Source: a virus
Lineage: Duplodnaviria; Caudoviricetes
Direction: 5' to 3' (one strand)
Virus record (IMG/VR): IMGVR_UViG_3300043630_000001
Location: 4,599-68,598 of that record
Length of the DNA stretch: 64,000 bases
The position numbers were made by a program, and so were the translations under genes. Shown piece by piece: positions 1-9,953 of this stretch (the stretch's first letter is position 1; every line of letters begins with the position of its first letter). The notes below the pieces were generated by a model. It worked only from the letters and a program-made list of their open reading frames with translations, was not told the DNA's origin and made no database searches.

Positions 1-188
1 GTATATACCGGCTAAAGATTTTTGTAAGTGGTGAAAGTCGGTTTGTTGTGTAGGAATATGTCCTACATAGTGCGGTATGGGAGGGTGACGGGTGTACTTT
101 GTGGCTGGCGGAAAGGGCTGGGCCTTACCCAGGCCACCCAAAAATCCGGCGAAATTTTCTAAATTTTTGTACTTCAGGTATAAACTTT

Positions 189-198
189 ATGCTACACT
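189..198 (+). promoter_or_regulatory. Extended -10 promoter-like motif ATGCTACACT upstream of the HNH/terminase operon
   Basis: TGn-TACACT. Matches the RTGCYAYAMT motif also seen at 3242, 8598 and 10894. Confidence 0.45.
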
Positions 199-218
199 AA
201 AGCAACATCGGAGGGCAT

Positions 219-815
219 ATGGAAGACAAGATCAAAGAGTACATTATGTATAACGCTGAAACGGGAGAGCTTAGCTGGAAAAGAAGCTATAGAGAAAAGC
301 GAAAAGGTGAGGTGATAGCCAACAAATGCAGAGGCTATATTAGATTTAGTTTTATGCGAAAAGTGTATCAAGGGCATCGCGTGGCCTGGCTCTTACAGTT
401 TGGCAAGTGGCCTGACCAAGTCATTGACCACATTGACGGTAATACGTCCAATAACAGAATACTAAACCTAAGGGACGTGAGTCTTAAGGAAAACTTTCAA
501 GGCTTCCGAAAGCTCAGCCCCAGGAACAAAACCGGAGTGACCGGAGTGACCTGGAGTGAAAAGAAAAAATGTTACACCGCAACGAAGACAATGAACGGCA
601 TACCCAAATTTCTCGGCTGCTTTGACTCTATAGGAGAGGCAGCCGAAGCTTACAGCAAGGCCAATGACTTACCTCCAGCAAACCCTAAAACCTACAGAAC
701 CAGGAGAAAAGACAAGCGCTTAAGAGCTTCCAAACACCAACGGTTTCTCCCAAACGGAACAGCTAATCCTGAGTACAACCCCACAAACTTTGACAAAACC
801 GACAAAAGCAAATAG
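219..815 (+). CDS. HNH homing endonuclease with C-terminal AP2-like DNA-binding domain
   Basis: HRVAW...IDHIDGNTSNNRILNLR HNH motif, followed by NKTGVTGVTW...KFLGCFDSIGEAAEAY (AP2-like). SD GGAGGG upstream. Confidence 0.85.
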   Translation: MEDKIKEYIMYNAETGELSWKRSYREKRKGEVIANKCRGYIRFSFMRKVYQGHRVAWLLQFGKWPDQVIDHIDGNTSNNRILNLRDVSLKENFQGFRKLSPRNKTGVTGVTWSEKKKCYTATKTMNGIPKFLGCFDSIGEAAEAYSKANDLPPANPKTYRTRRKDKRLRASKHQRFLPNGTANPEYNPTNFDKTDKSK

Positions 816-818
816 CAT
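790..818 (+). promoter_or_regulatory. Sigma70-like promoter TTGACA-N17-TAGCAT
   Basis: TTGACA at 790-795, TAGCAT at 813-818. The -10 is the left half of the inverted repeat TAGCAT-N6-ATGCTA (813-830) that covers the next start codon. Confidence 0.55.
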
Positions 819-824
819 ACCAGC

Positions 825-1118
825 ATGCTAAAGCTAAAAATTAGACCCTACCTCGCTGACCTAATCGCCCGAAGAGTGACAAATCGGGAGGTAGCCCGTC
901 TTCTGGGTGTTACTGAAGCCTATCTCAGTCGGACGCTCAAGCTTCTGGAAGTAGAGAAAGACCCACCGGCGAACACGCGCAAGAAGCAGCACGAACTTGT
1001 GGCCACACGTAAAGCCCACAGGCAAAGCCTGGCCAATCAGCTACCACCAGCCAGAGCTGCAAGAGAAGCTAACTGCAGCTTGAGAACGATCTACCGTTAC
1101 AGGAAAAATGATGCTTGA
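825..1118 (+). CDS. Small DNA-binding protein with two HTH-like motifs
   Basis: TNREVARLLGVTEAYLSRTL and PARAAREANCSLRTIYRYR. Lies just before the terminase genes. Confidence 0.6.
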   Translation: MLKLKIRPYLADLIARRVTNREVARLLGVTEAYLSRTLKLLEVEKDPPANTRKKQHELVATRKAHRQSLANQLPPARAAREANCSLRTIYRYRKNDA

Positions 1119-1524
1119 AGATCTCAGCTTGTCCACGCCCAGCAAGGCCCATCCAACAGGCTTGGACGATATGACGGAAGAGCAGCTGCTTGACCTGCGC
1201 GACGCTCTCGATCTGAAGCTCCAGGTAGAGCTGAAGCACTTGAACATGACGGAGGAACTTGGCTTGCAGTATCGCCAGGGTAAAAAGCTGCTTACCTTAA
1301 TCCAGAACGACAGGGGAACACCCGCCAACCAGGTGGCTCAGCTGTTCAACTCGGTCGCCGGCATGTTGGAGCGCATAGTCAAGCTCCAGGAGATGGTCTA
1401 TTCAGCAGAAAGGCTTAAGGCCTATGAAGCGGCTTTCTTAAAAGCGATAGAAACACTGCCAAAAGAGGGAAAAGAAGCGTTTTTCGAGCTTTATCAGCAG
1501 TATTTAGACCAAAAAGGTAGTTAA
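1108..1524 (+). CDS. Putative terminase small subunit
   Basis: 138-aa helical protein directly upstream of the large terminase. Assignment is positional. Confidence 0.5.
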   Translation: MMLEDLSLSTPSKAHPTGLDDMTEEQLLDLRDALDLKLQVELKHLNMTEELGLQYRQGKKLLTLIQNDRGTPANQVAQLFNSVAGMLERIVKLQEMVYSAERLKAYEAAFLKAIETLPKEGKEAFFELYQQYLDQKGS

Positions 1525-1526
1525 AT

Positions 1527-3221
1527 ATGCTGGATACTCTCGTCTCAGCGCACATTGCCAGGCTAAAAGCAGCTACTTTTGACGACTATGACCTCGCAGA
1601 GATACCCAGATATCTGGAAGAAAATACCTATCTGAATGGCTCCAGGTTCTCTTTCAAGGACCACGAGTACCAACTTGACATACTGTCTGACATCAGTCGG
1701 GTAGTTTATTGCCAAAAATGTGCCCAAGTTGGGCTTACAGAGAGCCAGCTAAGGTATGTGGCAGCCATCAGCCGCTTAATACCTTACTTCAACACCATCA
1801 TGACTTGGCCAACTTCCACTGACGCCGAGAACATGATTAAGACCAGAATGAACCCCATCCTGTACACGAGCGCAGACCTGCGTGACCGGCTGAACGCTGA
1901 CCTAAACAACGTCCAGATTAAAGAACTTGGGACGTCACTGATCTATGCGCGCGGAACGCGCGGAGAGACAGCAGCTCTGTCTGTGCCTGCAGACCTGCTG
2001 GTACATGATGAGGTAGACAGGTCTGATGCATTCACCCTTGGGCAGTTCCAGTCCCGGCTGAAACACAGCCGGTTCAAGATGGTGCGAGCTTTCGGTACGC
2101 CGACTGTGGACGGCTATGGTATAGCTTTGCTGATGGAGACCGCACAGCGGAAGAAGCATCTATGCAAGTGCAATCACTGCAATCATTTCTTCCTTCCCGA
2201 CTACGACACGGATGTCATTATCCCTGACTGGGACCACGACAAGAAAGAAATCAACAAGTACAACTTGCCCAAGACCAGATGGGAAGAGGCTTACTTGGTC
2301 TGTCCTCGATGTGGGAAGCAGCCTGACCTTAGTCCGGCTTACCGGTCATGGGTGGTTGAGAATCCGGGGGATAATTTTGAGGCTCAGGGGTATTTTGTGA
2401 GTCCGTTCAGCGCTCCAAAGCTGGTAACAGTGCCGGCGTTGGTGAAAGAATCCACGAATTACGGCACGTATGGGGAGTTCCGGAACCAAGCCCTTGGCTT
2501 AACCAGTACGGACAGCAATGAGTCGCTGATAAAGGCTGACATCATGCAGTGCGCTACTGAAGCTTCGCTGGAAAGCACAGAACTACACTACATGGGGGCG
2601 GACATGGGCCTAATTTGCCATGTCGTGGTAGGCCGCATGACACTTGCCGGGGAATTGCTGGTCGTCCACAGGGAGCGAGTGCTCATGGAGAAATTTGAAG
2701 AACGCAAACGCGCATTGGCTATACGCTATCGCGTTAAAGTCAGTGTATGTGATGCTTACCCCTACACAGACATGATTCTCCGGATGCAGCGGAGTGACAA
2801 AAACCTCTACGGGGCGATATACCACCAAGATAAAAAACTTGCCATGTATCGTGTGGTGCATGTGGATGAGGACAAGCGTAAAGGCAAGATGCCGATCACC
2901 CAGGCAAGTATCCACAGAAACTTGAATTTCGACGAGGTGATGCATCTGTTCAAGAAAAACAAGATTGTCTGGGCCAAACAGGATGAGACAGAAGACACGC
3001 TGTTTGAGCGCCACTGTCTCTCGATGAAGCGTAAGCAAGAACTGGACGTTAACTCTGGAATGGTTTATGCTTGGGTCAAGTCGGCTAACGGGCAGGACCA
3101 TTATCATCACGCCTTGGGTTACTTGCATGTGGCGTGTCTGCTGGCAAAGACGGCTACAAGTAGCTTGCTGGGTACAGCGGTGAATGTGCCGCTGATGGTG
3201 AAGTTCCAGGTGAAGCATTGA
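1527..3221 (+). CDS. terL: Terminase large subunit, lambda GpA-like family
   Basis: QKCAQVGLTE (GpA-type Walker A), LLVHDEVD Walker B, FGTPT motif, Zn ribbons CKCNHC and CPRC, C-terminal nuclease with DHYHHA. Confidence 0.9.
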   Translation: MLDTLVSAHIARLKAATFDDYDLAEIPRYLEENTYLNGSRFSFKDHEYQLDILSDISRVVYCQKCAQVGLTESQLRYVAAISRLIPYFNTIMTWPTSTDAENMIKTRMNPILYTSADLRDRLNADLNNVQIKELGTSLIYARGTRGETAALSVPADLLVHDEVDRSDAFTLGQFQSRLKHSRFKMVRAFGTPTVDGYGIALLMETAQRKKHLCKCNHCNHFFLPDYDTDVIIPDWDHDKKEINKYNLPKTRWEEAYLVCPRCGKQPDLSPAYRSWVVENPGDNFEAQGYFVSPFSAPKLVTVPALVKESTNYGTYGEFRNQALGLTSTDSNESLIKADIMQCATEASLESTELHYMGADMGLICHVVVGRMTLAGELLVVHRERVLMEKFEERKRALAIRYRVKVSVCDAYPYTDMILRMQRSDKNLYGAIYHQDKKLAMYRVVHVDEDKRKGKMPITQASIHRNLNFDEVMHLFKKNKIVWAKQDETEDTLFERHCLSMKRKQELDVNSGMVYAWVKSANGQDHYHHALGYLHVACLLAKTATSSLLGTAVNVPLMVKFQVKH

Positions 3222-3230
3222 TTGCATTCC

Positions 3231-3251
3231 TAGCATAAAGCGTGCCATAAT
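3231..3251 (+). promoter_or_regulatory. Putative late promoter TAGCAT-N5-GTGCCATAAT
   Basis: Extended -10 TGcCATAAT. The 18-nt block TAGCATAAnnnGTGCCAT recurs at 8578. Confidence 0.5.
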
Positions 3252-3257
3252 CCAAAT

Positions 3258-4787
3258 ATGAAATTCTCCTGGAATCCGCTCAGTATCTTTGCCAAGGCTG
3301 CTACGCCAGCAGCCGGAGGCAGTCTGGCTCCTGTATCTAAAGGGCCAGAACTCCCCTTGGTCGTTACTCCTAAAGTCAGCAACAAGCAGATTACTATCCC
3401 TGCTTATGTCCCGACTGCGGCGTTTGTGTCTTCCCAGCTACAACGGAAAGACATCAACGCGTCCACTACAGACATCGCGGCAACTTCCAGGTTGGGCAAT
3501 ACAACGCCGGCTGTCATCAGGCAGCTGAGCCGGCTGCATCCTGACTTATCTGCGGCAGTGAATGCTTACCTGCGCACAGGCATACCTGAAAAGTATATTC
3601 TTAAGGCTAAGAATCCAGATGGCAGCCTTAACCGGGAGGCTACGCAGTTAGCGCAAACGTTCGCACGACGCTTAGACACCATGCCAGATTACGCCAGCGG
3701 ATACTCTCCGATAGGTTCAATCCGGTCAACAGCAGAGGCGCTGGCAAAGGAAGGCTTGATTGAGGGCGCCTTAGCCATGGAGCTTGTCCTGGATAAGTTC
3801 TATATGCCTTACAAGTTTCAGCCAGTAGCGGTTTCACAGCTTATCTGGCGTGAGGACAAGGACGTCCAGCACGTTTTCCCTCAACAGCTTATCAGCGGGC
3901 AGTATATCGATCTCGATCAGCCCACCTTCTTTTACACCTCGATTGACCAAGACTTATTGTCGGTCTACTCCCAAAGTCCGCTGGAAGGTTCCGTCCAGCC
4001 TGTGCTGGCGTCAGCTGACTTCATCCAGGACATGCGCCGCATTATCAAGCGCGCGGTCTTCCCTCGCATGGACGTGGTGATTGATGAAGCTAAGCTGAAG
4101 GAACGTATCCCTCCAGAGATCGAAAACGATCCTACAAAGCTGGATGCGTTCCTCAACGCAACAATTTCGGCCATCCAGACCATGGTAACTTCCATCGGCC
4201 CAGAAGATGCCTTGGTGCATTTCGATTTCATTACGGTTACCCAAGTAGCAGAGACAGCCGGCGACAACGCCCAGAGCTTTGAGACTGTCAAGGATATCTA
4301 CGACGAGAAAGTTTCCACCGGCGCCAAGGTGCTACCCTCAGTGCTTGGTCACGGTTCAGGGTCGCAAAACGTGGCCTCGACGGAGACCTTGGTGTTCATG
4401 CTCTCTGCCAATGGCTTAATTCGCCTGAAGCTACAAGAGATGTTCAGCAAGGCGTTTACTCTCTCAGCCCGGCTGTTTGGGTATGACGTCACAGTAGAGT
4501 TCCTTTACCAGGACATCAACCTGCGGCCTGAGTTGGAGCTGGAAAGCTTCCGGGCCATGCGGCAGTCGCGCATGCTGGAGCAATTAAGCCTTGGCTTTTT
4601 AACCGATGATGAGGCAGCCCTGGAGTTGACCGGCAACCTTACACCGGTGGGCTTCAAGCCGCTGTCGGGGACGCAGTTCTTTAAGGGGGCTCCGCCAGTC
4701 AATGAGAATCCATTAGGTAATCAACAGGGGGCGCTCAATCAGAGTCTCAAGCCCAGCACACCGACGAAGAAAAAGGGGAAGCAATAA
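3258..4787 (+). CDS. Portal protein
   Basis: 509 aa, between terminase and head protease. Size and synteny fit a portal. Confidence 0.75.
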   Translation: MKFSWNPLSIFAKAATPAAGGSLAPVSKGPELPLVVTPKVSNKQITIPAYVPTAAFVSSQLQRKDINASTTDIAATSRLGNTTPAVIRQLSRLHPDLSAAVNAYLRTGIPEKYILKAKNPDGSLNREATQLAQTFARRLDTMPDYASGYSPIGSIRSTAEALAKEGLIEGALAMELVLDKFYMPYKFQPVAVSQLIWREDKDVQHVFPQQLISGQYIDLDQPTFFYTSIDQDLLSVYSQSPLEGSVQPVLASADFIQDMRRIIKRAVFPRMDVVIDEAKLKERIPPEIENDPTKLDAFLNATISAIQTMVTSIGPEDALVHFDFITVTQVAETAGDNAQSFETVKDIYDEKVSTGAKVLPSVLGHGSGSQNVASTETLVFMLSANGLIRLKLQEMFSKAFTLSARLFGYDVTVEFLYQDINLRPELELESFRAMRQSRMLEQLSLGFLTDDEAALELTGNLTPVGFKPLSGTQFFKGAPPVNENPLGNQQGALNQSLKPSTPTKKKGKQ

Positions 4788-5587
4788 TGGCTCACGAATT
4801 TTGGTACGGTGACGCAGAGTCGCACGCAGCAGTGCTGGAGGCTCGGACCCAGGTAGGCAAGTTGATGGCACAGATATCCGCGGATGACGGTAATCTGCCG
4901 GATCTTCCTCCGCTGTGGGCGCGAGAAGGTGACATTGCTGTAGTCAATGTTTTCGGTTCGCTGGTGCCAGGTACTGCCGGATACTGGCGGCTGTACGGCG
5001 TGACCGGCTATTCTGACATCACTGACGCAGTGATTGAGGCGGTTTCTGACGACACGATTAAAGCTGTGGCCCTTCGTGTGGAATCGCCAGGCGGGAGCAC
5101 GACAAACCTGGCAGAAACTGCGGACCTGCTGGTGAAGCTGGGCAAAATCAAACCTCTGTATGCCCACAGCGAAACTTGCATGGCTTCTGCTGGCTACTGG
5201 ATAGCATCAGCGGCCTCCACGGTAAGCCTTAACCCTAGCGCACAGGCAGGCAGTATTGGTTGTGTAGCTATTCTCACATCGTTTGCCCGTGCATACACGG
5301 AAATGGGCATAGACCGAGAGGTAGTGCGCAGCGGGCAGTACAAAGCACTTGGGTCATCCGTGGAGCTGATCTCCCAGCTTGCCAAGGACGAGTTACAGTC
5401 TAAGGTAGATGATTTGGCTGCCATGTTTGATGCTTATGTAGGCAAACGCCGTGGGCGCACAGCGTCGCAGGTTAACACCGACATGGGCCAGGGCAGGATG
5501 TTTCTGGGCAAGCGTGCCCTGGACGCAGGCTTGGTAGATAAGTTGATGACTTATGACCAAATTATGCGATTTATCGAAAAAAGTTGA
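4787..5587 (+). CDS. Prohead protease, peptidase S49 (SppA/ClpP-like)
   Basis: VESPGGS, MASAGYWIASAA (catalytic Ser), AGSIG, GQYKALG (Lys), GQGRMFLG. Confidence 0.9.
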   Translation: MAHEFWYGDAESHAAVLEARTQVGKLMAQISADDGNLPDLPPLWAREGDIAVVNVFGSLVPGTAGYWRLYGVTGYSDITDAVIEAVSDDTIKAVALRVESPGGSTTNLAETADLLVKLGKIKPLYAHSETCMASAGYWIASAASTVSLNPSAQAGSIGCVAILTSFARAYTEMGIDREVVRSGQYKALGSSVELISQLAKDELQSKVDDLAAMFDAYVGKRRGRTASQVNTDMGQGRMFLGKRALDAGLVDKLMTYDQIMRFIEKS

Positions 5588-5612
5588 CAAAGCAAAATCT
5601 GTACCACAAAAT
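5584..5612 (+). promoter_or_regulatory. Sigma70-like promoter TTGACA-N17-CAAAAT upstream of the scaffold/capsid genes
   Basis: TTGACA at 5584-5589, CAAAAT at 5607-5612. SD AAGGAG precedes ATG 5640. Confidence 0.5.
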
Positions 5613-5639
5613 GTCTGAAATTACTTAAGGAGTAATACC

Positions 5640-6209
5640 ATGAAACTCAACGCTGCCCAGATTAAAGCTGCTGAAGCTGGCGCAAGTCCTGAAACTATTG
5701 CTGCGCTGGCCACGGATGCGCCTGGTGCAGTTCCGACGACTTTGGTTGTTCCTGAAGCTTCGGCTGTTGTTACTCCGGCGCCTGTCGTAACACCTGCTTC
5801 TGTAGTGGCCACTGTGCCAGCAGCTGCAGTAGTTACCACCATGGAGATAGCTGCTCACGAAGGTATCGTGGCATCTCTGCAGACGCAGATCACTACAGCG
5901 AATACTTCGCTGATCAGTGCTCAAGCCAAAATTCAGAATCTGGAAGCTTCCGTAGCGCAAACCGAACCTCTCCTGGGCATCGTTCGCGAAGTCCTGGGGA
6001 ACAAGTTGGTAGCCATGGGGGGTTCTCCGGATGCTGCAAAAACATTTAATGCCAGCAATATTGTGGCAGAATTCCAACGTGTCGATACGCTTTTTAAAGC
6101 CACGTACAAGCCTAACGGCGTAGCAAAGCCAGCAGAAGTTGACCCAGTGTCAGCCTCTACTGAAGTTGCTGCGTTTGCCGGTACTCGCAACTTCTACATC
6201 CCATCCTAA
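5640..6209 (+). CDS. Putative capsid scaffolding protein
   Basis: Ala/Val/Pro-rich N-terminus and coiled-coil centre. Located between protease and capsid genes. Confidence 0.55.
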   Translation: MKLNAAQIKAAEAGASPETIAALATDAPGAVPTTLVVPEASAVVTPAPVVTPASVVATVPAAAVVTTMEIAAHEGIVASLQTQITTANTSLISAQAKIQNLEASVAQTEPLLGIVREVLGNKLVAMGGSPDAAKTFNASNIVAEFQRVDTLFKATYKPNGVAKPAEVDPVSASTEVAAFAGTRNFYIPS

Positions 6210-6222
6210 ATAGAGGCGTATC

Positions 6223-6774
6223 ATGTCAAAAGCACATTTTATCGTACCTACAGGGGCCACTGAAGATGTCATGACTGTCCGTTTAGGCAGCGCGATAGCT
6301 ACAAACGGCGTCATTGGTACAGGGGGTTCGATGAACCCTGAGATCGATCAAAACAAATTTGTCAAGCTGGCAGGTGAGAGTCGTTACGACTTGGCTGCAG
6401 CCGGTGACGCTATTGAAGCGTACACATCTTCAATTGAGCAAGCGCTCTCTGGTGGCTACTCAATCGGCGGCATTGTGCGTGAAGGTGCGATTTACGTTGT
6501 GGCTGATGGCCTGCAAGCCACAGCCGGCACCGGAACACTTGCTGTAGGTGACTATGTGGTAGTGGGTACCGTGGCAGCAATCGGTACCGCAAACACACTG
6601 GGTTACCCTAAGGTCTGTAAGGCTACACAGCAACCTGGAGCAGTTCCGGCTGACTTGACTGCTGCAGGTCTGCAGGCACGCAACGCTGCTTACCCATGGC
6701 GTGTTGAGTCCCTGGGCACTGTAGGGACCGGCGCTGTCGGTACAATAATCGTAATTTCACGTACAGGGAGCTAA
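6223..6774 (+). CDS. Putative head decoration (cement) protein
   Basis: 183-aa Gly/Ala/Thr-rich beta-type protein immediately before the major capsid gene. Confidence 0.55.
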   Translation: MSKAHFIVPTGATEDVMTVRLGSAIATNGVIGTGGSMNPEIDQNKFVKLAGESRYDLAAAGDAIEAYTSSIEQALSGGYSIGGIVREGAIYVVADGLQATAGTGTLAVGDYVVVGTVAAIGTANTLGYPKVCKATQQPGAVPADLTAAGLQARNAAYPWRVESLGTVGTGAVGTIIVISRTGS

Positions 6775-6778
6775 TACC

Positions 6779-8017
6779 ATGGCATTCATTCTCAACCATA
6801 AGGGTGAACGTATCGATACACCCATCGACGCTTCCATGTATCAAGAAGCGAAGACAGCCGGCGTATCTGTCCCTCAACTGCTGAATCGCAAATTCGGTGG
6901 CGGTACGGATATCACCAAGTTTGGTACACCTTTCCAGCAAATGTGTGCTTCTGAAGGTTTGATCATTGTTCCGAAGGGTGCCAGCAATCCTTATGGTGTT
7001 CGCTCACCTCTGGTGGCTGACATCCTGGACAATAAGCTGCCGATCTCTGCAGCTGCCGGCGTGGGTCCGACAAACGTTTCCCAAACCGGTACACCTTACG
7101 GCCAACAGTCACGCAACTTGTTTCCTGCTGCGGTCATTGCTTACATCGAAGGCCAAGTACCAGTTGATCGTGTGACAGATACTGTCATGTTCAACGAAAT
7201 GGTTGGCCAGGAGCTGTCGGTAGCTGGCGACTTGTTCGAACAGCCTATCATCAGCTTTGACAACACCAACGGTGCGCAAAAAGCGAAAGCTCAGCGCGTT
7301 GCCCAGTTGGCCGATGTGCCTACAATGCTGACACTGACCAGCACTGACAAGCCTCGCCGCCTGCCTACCTACGGTATGGGTATCGAGATGTCTCAGCAGG
7401 CACTGCGTTCGTCCACCTTGGACACCTTGGCCATGACGATCAAGCGTTACCTGGAGATTGAAAAAGACCAACGTGTCTACAATTTCTTGTCGAGCCTGTT
7501 CTCTGGTGACAATGACATGTGTATCGGTGCGATTTCAGCCGTGACGTCCACTTCCCTGGACTCTGCGGCAACCGGTGGCGTATTGACTCACAAGGCCTGG
7601 GTGAAATTCCTGGCAAGGAACCGTAAAAAACGTAAAATCACTCACGCGATTTGCGACGTTGATACGTACCTGAAAGTCGAAGGTCGTACTGGTCGCCCCG
7701 GCTTATCGGCTTACGATCCACGCTTGCCTACCATTGATCCACAGGCGCGTGCGGCCAATGTCTCGTTTGGTACTGACGTCCGCTACTTCCTGGTGGATGC
7801 TGCAACAGATGGCGGTCCGGTGCCTGCCAACACTGTATGGGCGTTGGACAGCGCTCAGGCTGTGTCTCGGGTCACAAACACAGAAGCTGCTTACCAGGCA
7901 ACCGAAGCGTTTGTGCTGCGCCGCAGTGAAGTGATGGTTATGCACTGGTCGGCTGAAGTATTCCGCATGTTTGGGGATGCAGAGTTGACACCGTTCGACG
8001 TGTTGACAATCAGCTAA
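6779..8017 (+). CDS. Major capsid protein
   Basis: 412 aa. Follows protease, scaffold and decoration genes and is followed by a strong terminator. Confidence 0.75.
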   Translation: MAFILNHKGERIDTPIDASMYQEAKTAGVSVPQLLNRKFGGGTDITKFGTPFQQMCASEGLIIVPKGASNPYGVRSPLVADILDNKLPISAAAGVGPTNVSQTGTPYGQQSRNLFPAAVIAYIEGQVPVDRVTDTVMFNEMVGQELSVAGDLFEQPIISFDNTNGAQKAKAQRVAQLADVPTMLTLTSTDKPRRLPTYGMGIEMSQQALRSSTLDTLAMTIKRYLEIEKDQRVYNFLSSLFSGDNDMCIGAISAVTSTSLDSAATGGVLTHKAWVKFLARNRKKRKITHAICDVDTYLKVEGRTGRPGLSAYDPRLPTIDPQARAANVSFGTDVRYFLVDAATDGGPVPANTVWALDSAQAVSRVTNTEAAYQATEAFVLRRSEVMVMHWSAEVFRMFGDAELTPFDVLTIS

Positions 8018-8065
8018 AGCACAGCACCGTATCCGGTCAACAGAGTCGGCTCTTACCGTGAAAAA

Positions 8066-8091
8066 TAAAACGGCCCTTCGGGGCCGTTTTA
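8066..8091 (+). terminator. Intrinsic terminator after the capsid gene
   Basis: TAAAACGGCCC-TTCG-GGGCCGTTTTA: perfect stem with a UUCG loop. Confidence 0.85.
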
Positions 8092-8153
8092 GTTGGACAA
8101 AGCGAATTTGTCAAATTTTCTGAAACTTGTAGTACAATCCGATTACCTAATTC

Positions 8154-8540
8154 ATGGAGAACGGTATGAAAATCGTAAATCAAAGTGGTGACTGGCTGCA
8201 AAGCACAGCGCAATTTCGTTTGGTAGATCCCTCTACCGGTACAGCATTTGCGCCAGCAGAGCCTACCAAGGCTACGCGCAATGCCTGGGTGCAATCGCAA
8301 CCTTGTATCCTGCGCGCGCAGGATCCTACAGCAGAAGCCTCAGACGCATCGCAAGCTGCTTTGGACAAGCTTAACGCAGAAGATGCCGCTGCACGCGCGG
8401 CGGCTGAGGCCTCTGCCGACAAGGTTATTGCAGATGACAACGCCCGCATGCTGAGCAACGCTCCTCCAGGAGCAGCGCCAGCAGAACCTGTTGCTGAAGA
8501 ACCTACCCCAGAAGACCCTAAAAAGTCTGGTAAGAAATAA
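8154..8540 (+). CDS. Hypothetical head-region protein
   Basis: 128 aa with an Ala/Glu/Pro-rich C-terminus. Promoter-like TACAAT at 8133-8138 upstream. Confidence 0.55.
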   Translation: MENGMKIVNQSGDWLQSTAQFRLVDPSTGTAFAPAEPTKATRNAWVQSQPCILRAQDPTAEASDASQAALDKLNAEDAAARAAAEASADKVIADDNARMLSNAPPGAAPAEPVAEEPTPEDPKKSGKK

Positions 8541-8572
8541 ATCAAAGGCCTGCATATGCAGGCCTTTGATTT
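8539..8572. terminator. Perfect 34-bp palindrome, probable terminator
   Basis: AAATCAAAGGCCTGCAT|ATGCAGGCCTTTGATTT, right at the stop of the preceding gene. Confidence 0.65.
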
Positions 8573-8577
8573 TGGTG

Positions 8578-8607
8578 TAGCATAATCTGTGCCATCTATG
8601 CCATAAT
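8578..8607 (+). promoter_or_regulatory. Putative late promoter TAGCAT-N5-GTGCCA...ATGCCATAAT
   Basis: Same motif as at 3231. SD AAGGAG precedes ATG 8626. Confidence 0.5.
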
Positions 8608-8625
8608 CGCAGAAAGGAGCAAACC

Positions 8626-9123
8626 ATGGCAACTGCGATTACCACCTACTGCACAGCAGACAACGTTCGGGCAACCTTGGGGGTGTCTGTAGACGAGATA
8701 GACGACAGCGTTGTCATGGATAAGAACAACGCTACGCGCCTGGCCGAACGCATGAATGAGTTGAGTCCGGACCTGGCAGCGTACTACCTAACGCTGAAGG
8801 CACTTGGGTCACCGACAGCAAACCAGACGCGCATGATTGACTTGGTAGAGTCGTTTGCCTCGTACATTGTGGCCCAGCGCATAGCTGAGACTGGGGCCAT
8901 CTCTATCCCTAAGTCCATTGAGGACAGCAAAGCCAAAATGGAGCGGAACACAGATTTCTACAAAGACCTGCTGACGAATCTGCTCAACAGCATTGCGTAT
9001 ATCTCTTCAAAGATATCCTCGCTCTACCTGATTCTTGTGCCTGGTGGCACCGTGGTGGCTTCTGTGGTGCCTGTCTATATGGTGACGTCGCCTATCAGCT
9101 TTGACCCGGTCACGAACCAATGA
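8626..9123 (+). CDS. Putative head-tail adaptor
   Basis: N-terminal YCTADNVRATLG resembles gp6/gp15-type adaptor starts. Position fits. Confidence 0.5.
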   Translation: MATAITTYCTADNVRATLGVSVDEIDDSVVMDKNNATRLAERMNELSPDLAAYYLTLKALGSPTANQTRMIDLVESFASYIVAQRIAETGAISIPKSIEDSKAKMERNTDFYKDLLTNLLNSIAYISSKISSLYLILVPGGTVVASVVPVYMVTSPISFDPVTNQ

Positions 9124-9953
9124 AACTTTCTGCCGTTTCCAGCTACTTTGATAAGGAAAGCGTTACTGACGCTTATACAGGAGCTTTTCTGTTTAAAGGT
9201 CAGATGCTGTCACCAGCAGAGCATGTGTCAGGTGATACTTTTCGCCGGCACACCTTGTCTACCAAAGATGGCATCACGTCACCTGCGCGGCATGCTGTGG
9301 TGATCATGGGTGACGTCTGGCTGGTAGGCAACAACAATCCGGACGGCTTTAAGGGTTATGTTGTCCGTCGTAACTTCTCGCTAAAAAAGTCCACTGGCGT
9401 GGCAGACCTGCTGACGCCAGGTCAAGCATGTTTAGCAGGCTCTGGGCTGAGTCTGCATATCTACAAAGAGTACTACAGGGATTCGCAAAGCCTCCCAACC
9501 GAAGCAGACCTTGACACCTTTTGGAACGTCTACTGCCCTATTAATGAGGCAGTTGCCAAGGGAGCGTTTTTACGCGAAGGCTCCCGTGTACTCCGTGTGC
9601 GAAACGTCTATGAGGTGGCCGAAGGCTTTAACATTGCTGAGGCGGACCAGTTCGACGATAACGCCATCCAGTCAATAACTTTCACGACCAATGGTGTACT
9701 GAATGTCATTACAGATACTTACCCAACAGTAAGCGTAGCTACGACAGGTATCCAGACCGATGTCTTTAAGTTTTACCGCTTTAGCACGGCTGCCGAAGAC
9801 AAACAGTTACCTGGTGACAGGGCGCTGTTTGTGGCGCAGAGCGCGGTTACGCCAACTATTTCCAGTCAAGTGACCATGCTGGGTAAGTCCTGGAGGGTAC
9901 TGGCTGTGGTGCCAGAACTCGACGCCTGGGCGCTGCATGTGAGGCTGTCGTGA
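9120..9953 (+). CDS. Putative head-closure/neck protein
   Basis: 277-aa beta-rich protein coupled by ATGA overlap. Assignment is positional. Confidence 0.4.
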   Translation: MKLSAVSSYFDKESVTDAYTGAFLFKGQMLSPAEHVSGDTFRRHTLSTKDGITSPARHAVVIMGDVWLVGNNNPDGFKGYVVRRNFSLKKSTGVADLLTPGQACLAGSGLSLHIYKEYYRDSQSLPTEADLDTFWNVYCPINEAVAKGAFLREGSRVLRVRNVYEVAEGFNIAEADQFDDNAIQSITFTTNGVLNVITDTYPTVSVATTGIQTDVFKFYRFSTAAEDKQLPGDRALFVAQSAVTPTISSQVTMLGKSWRVLAVVPELDAWALHVRLS

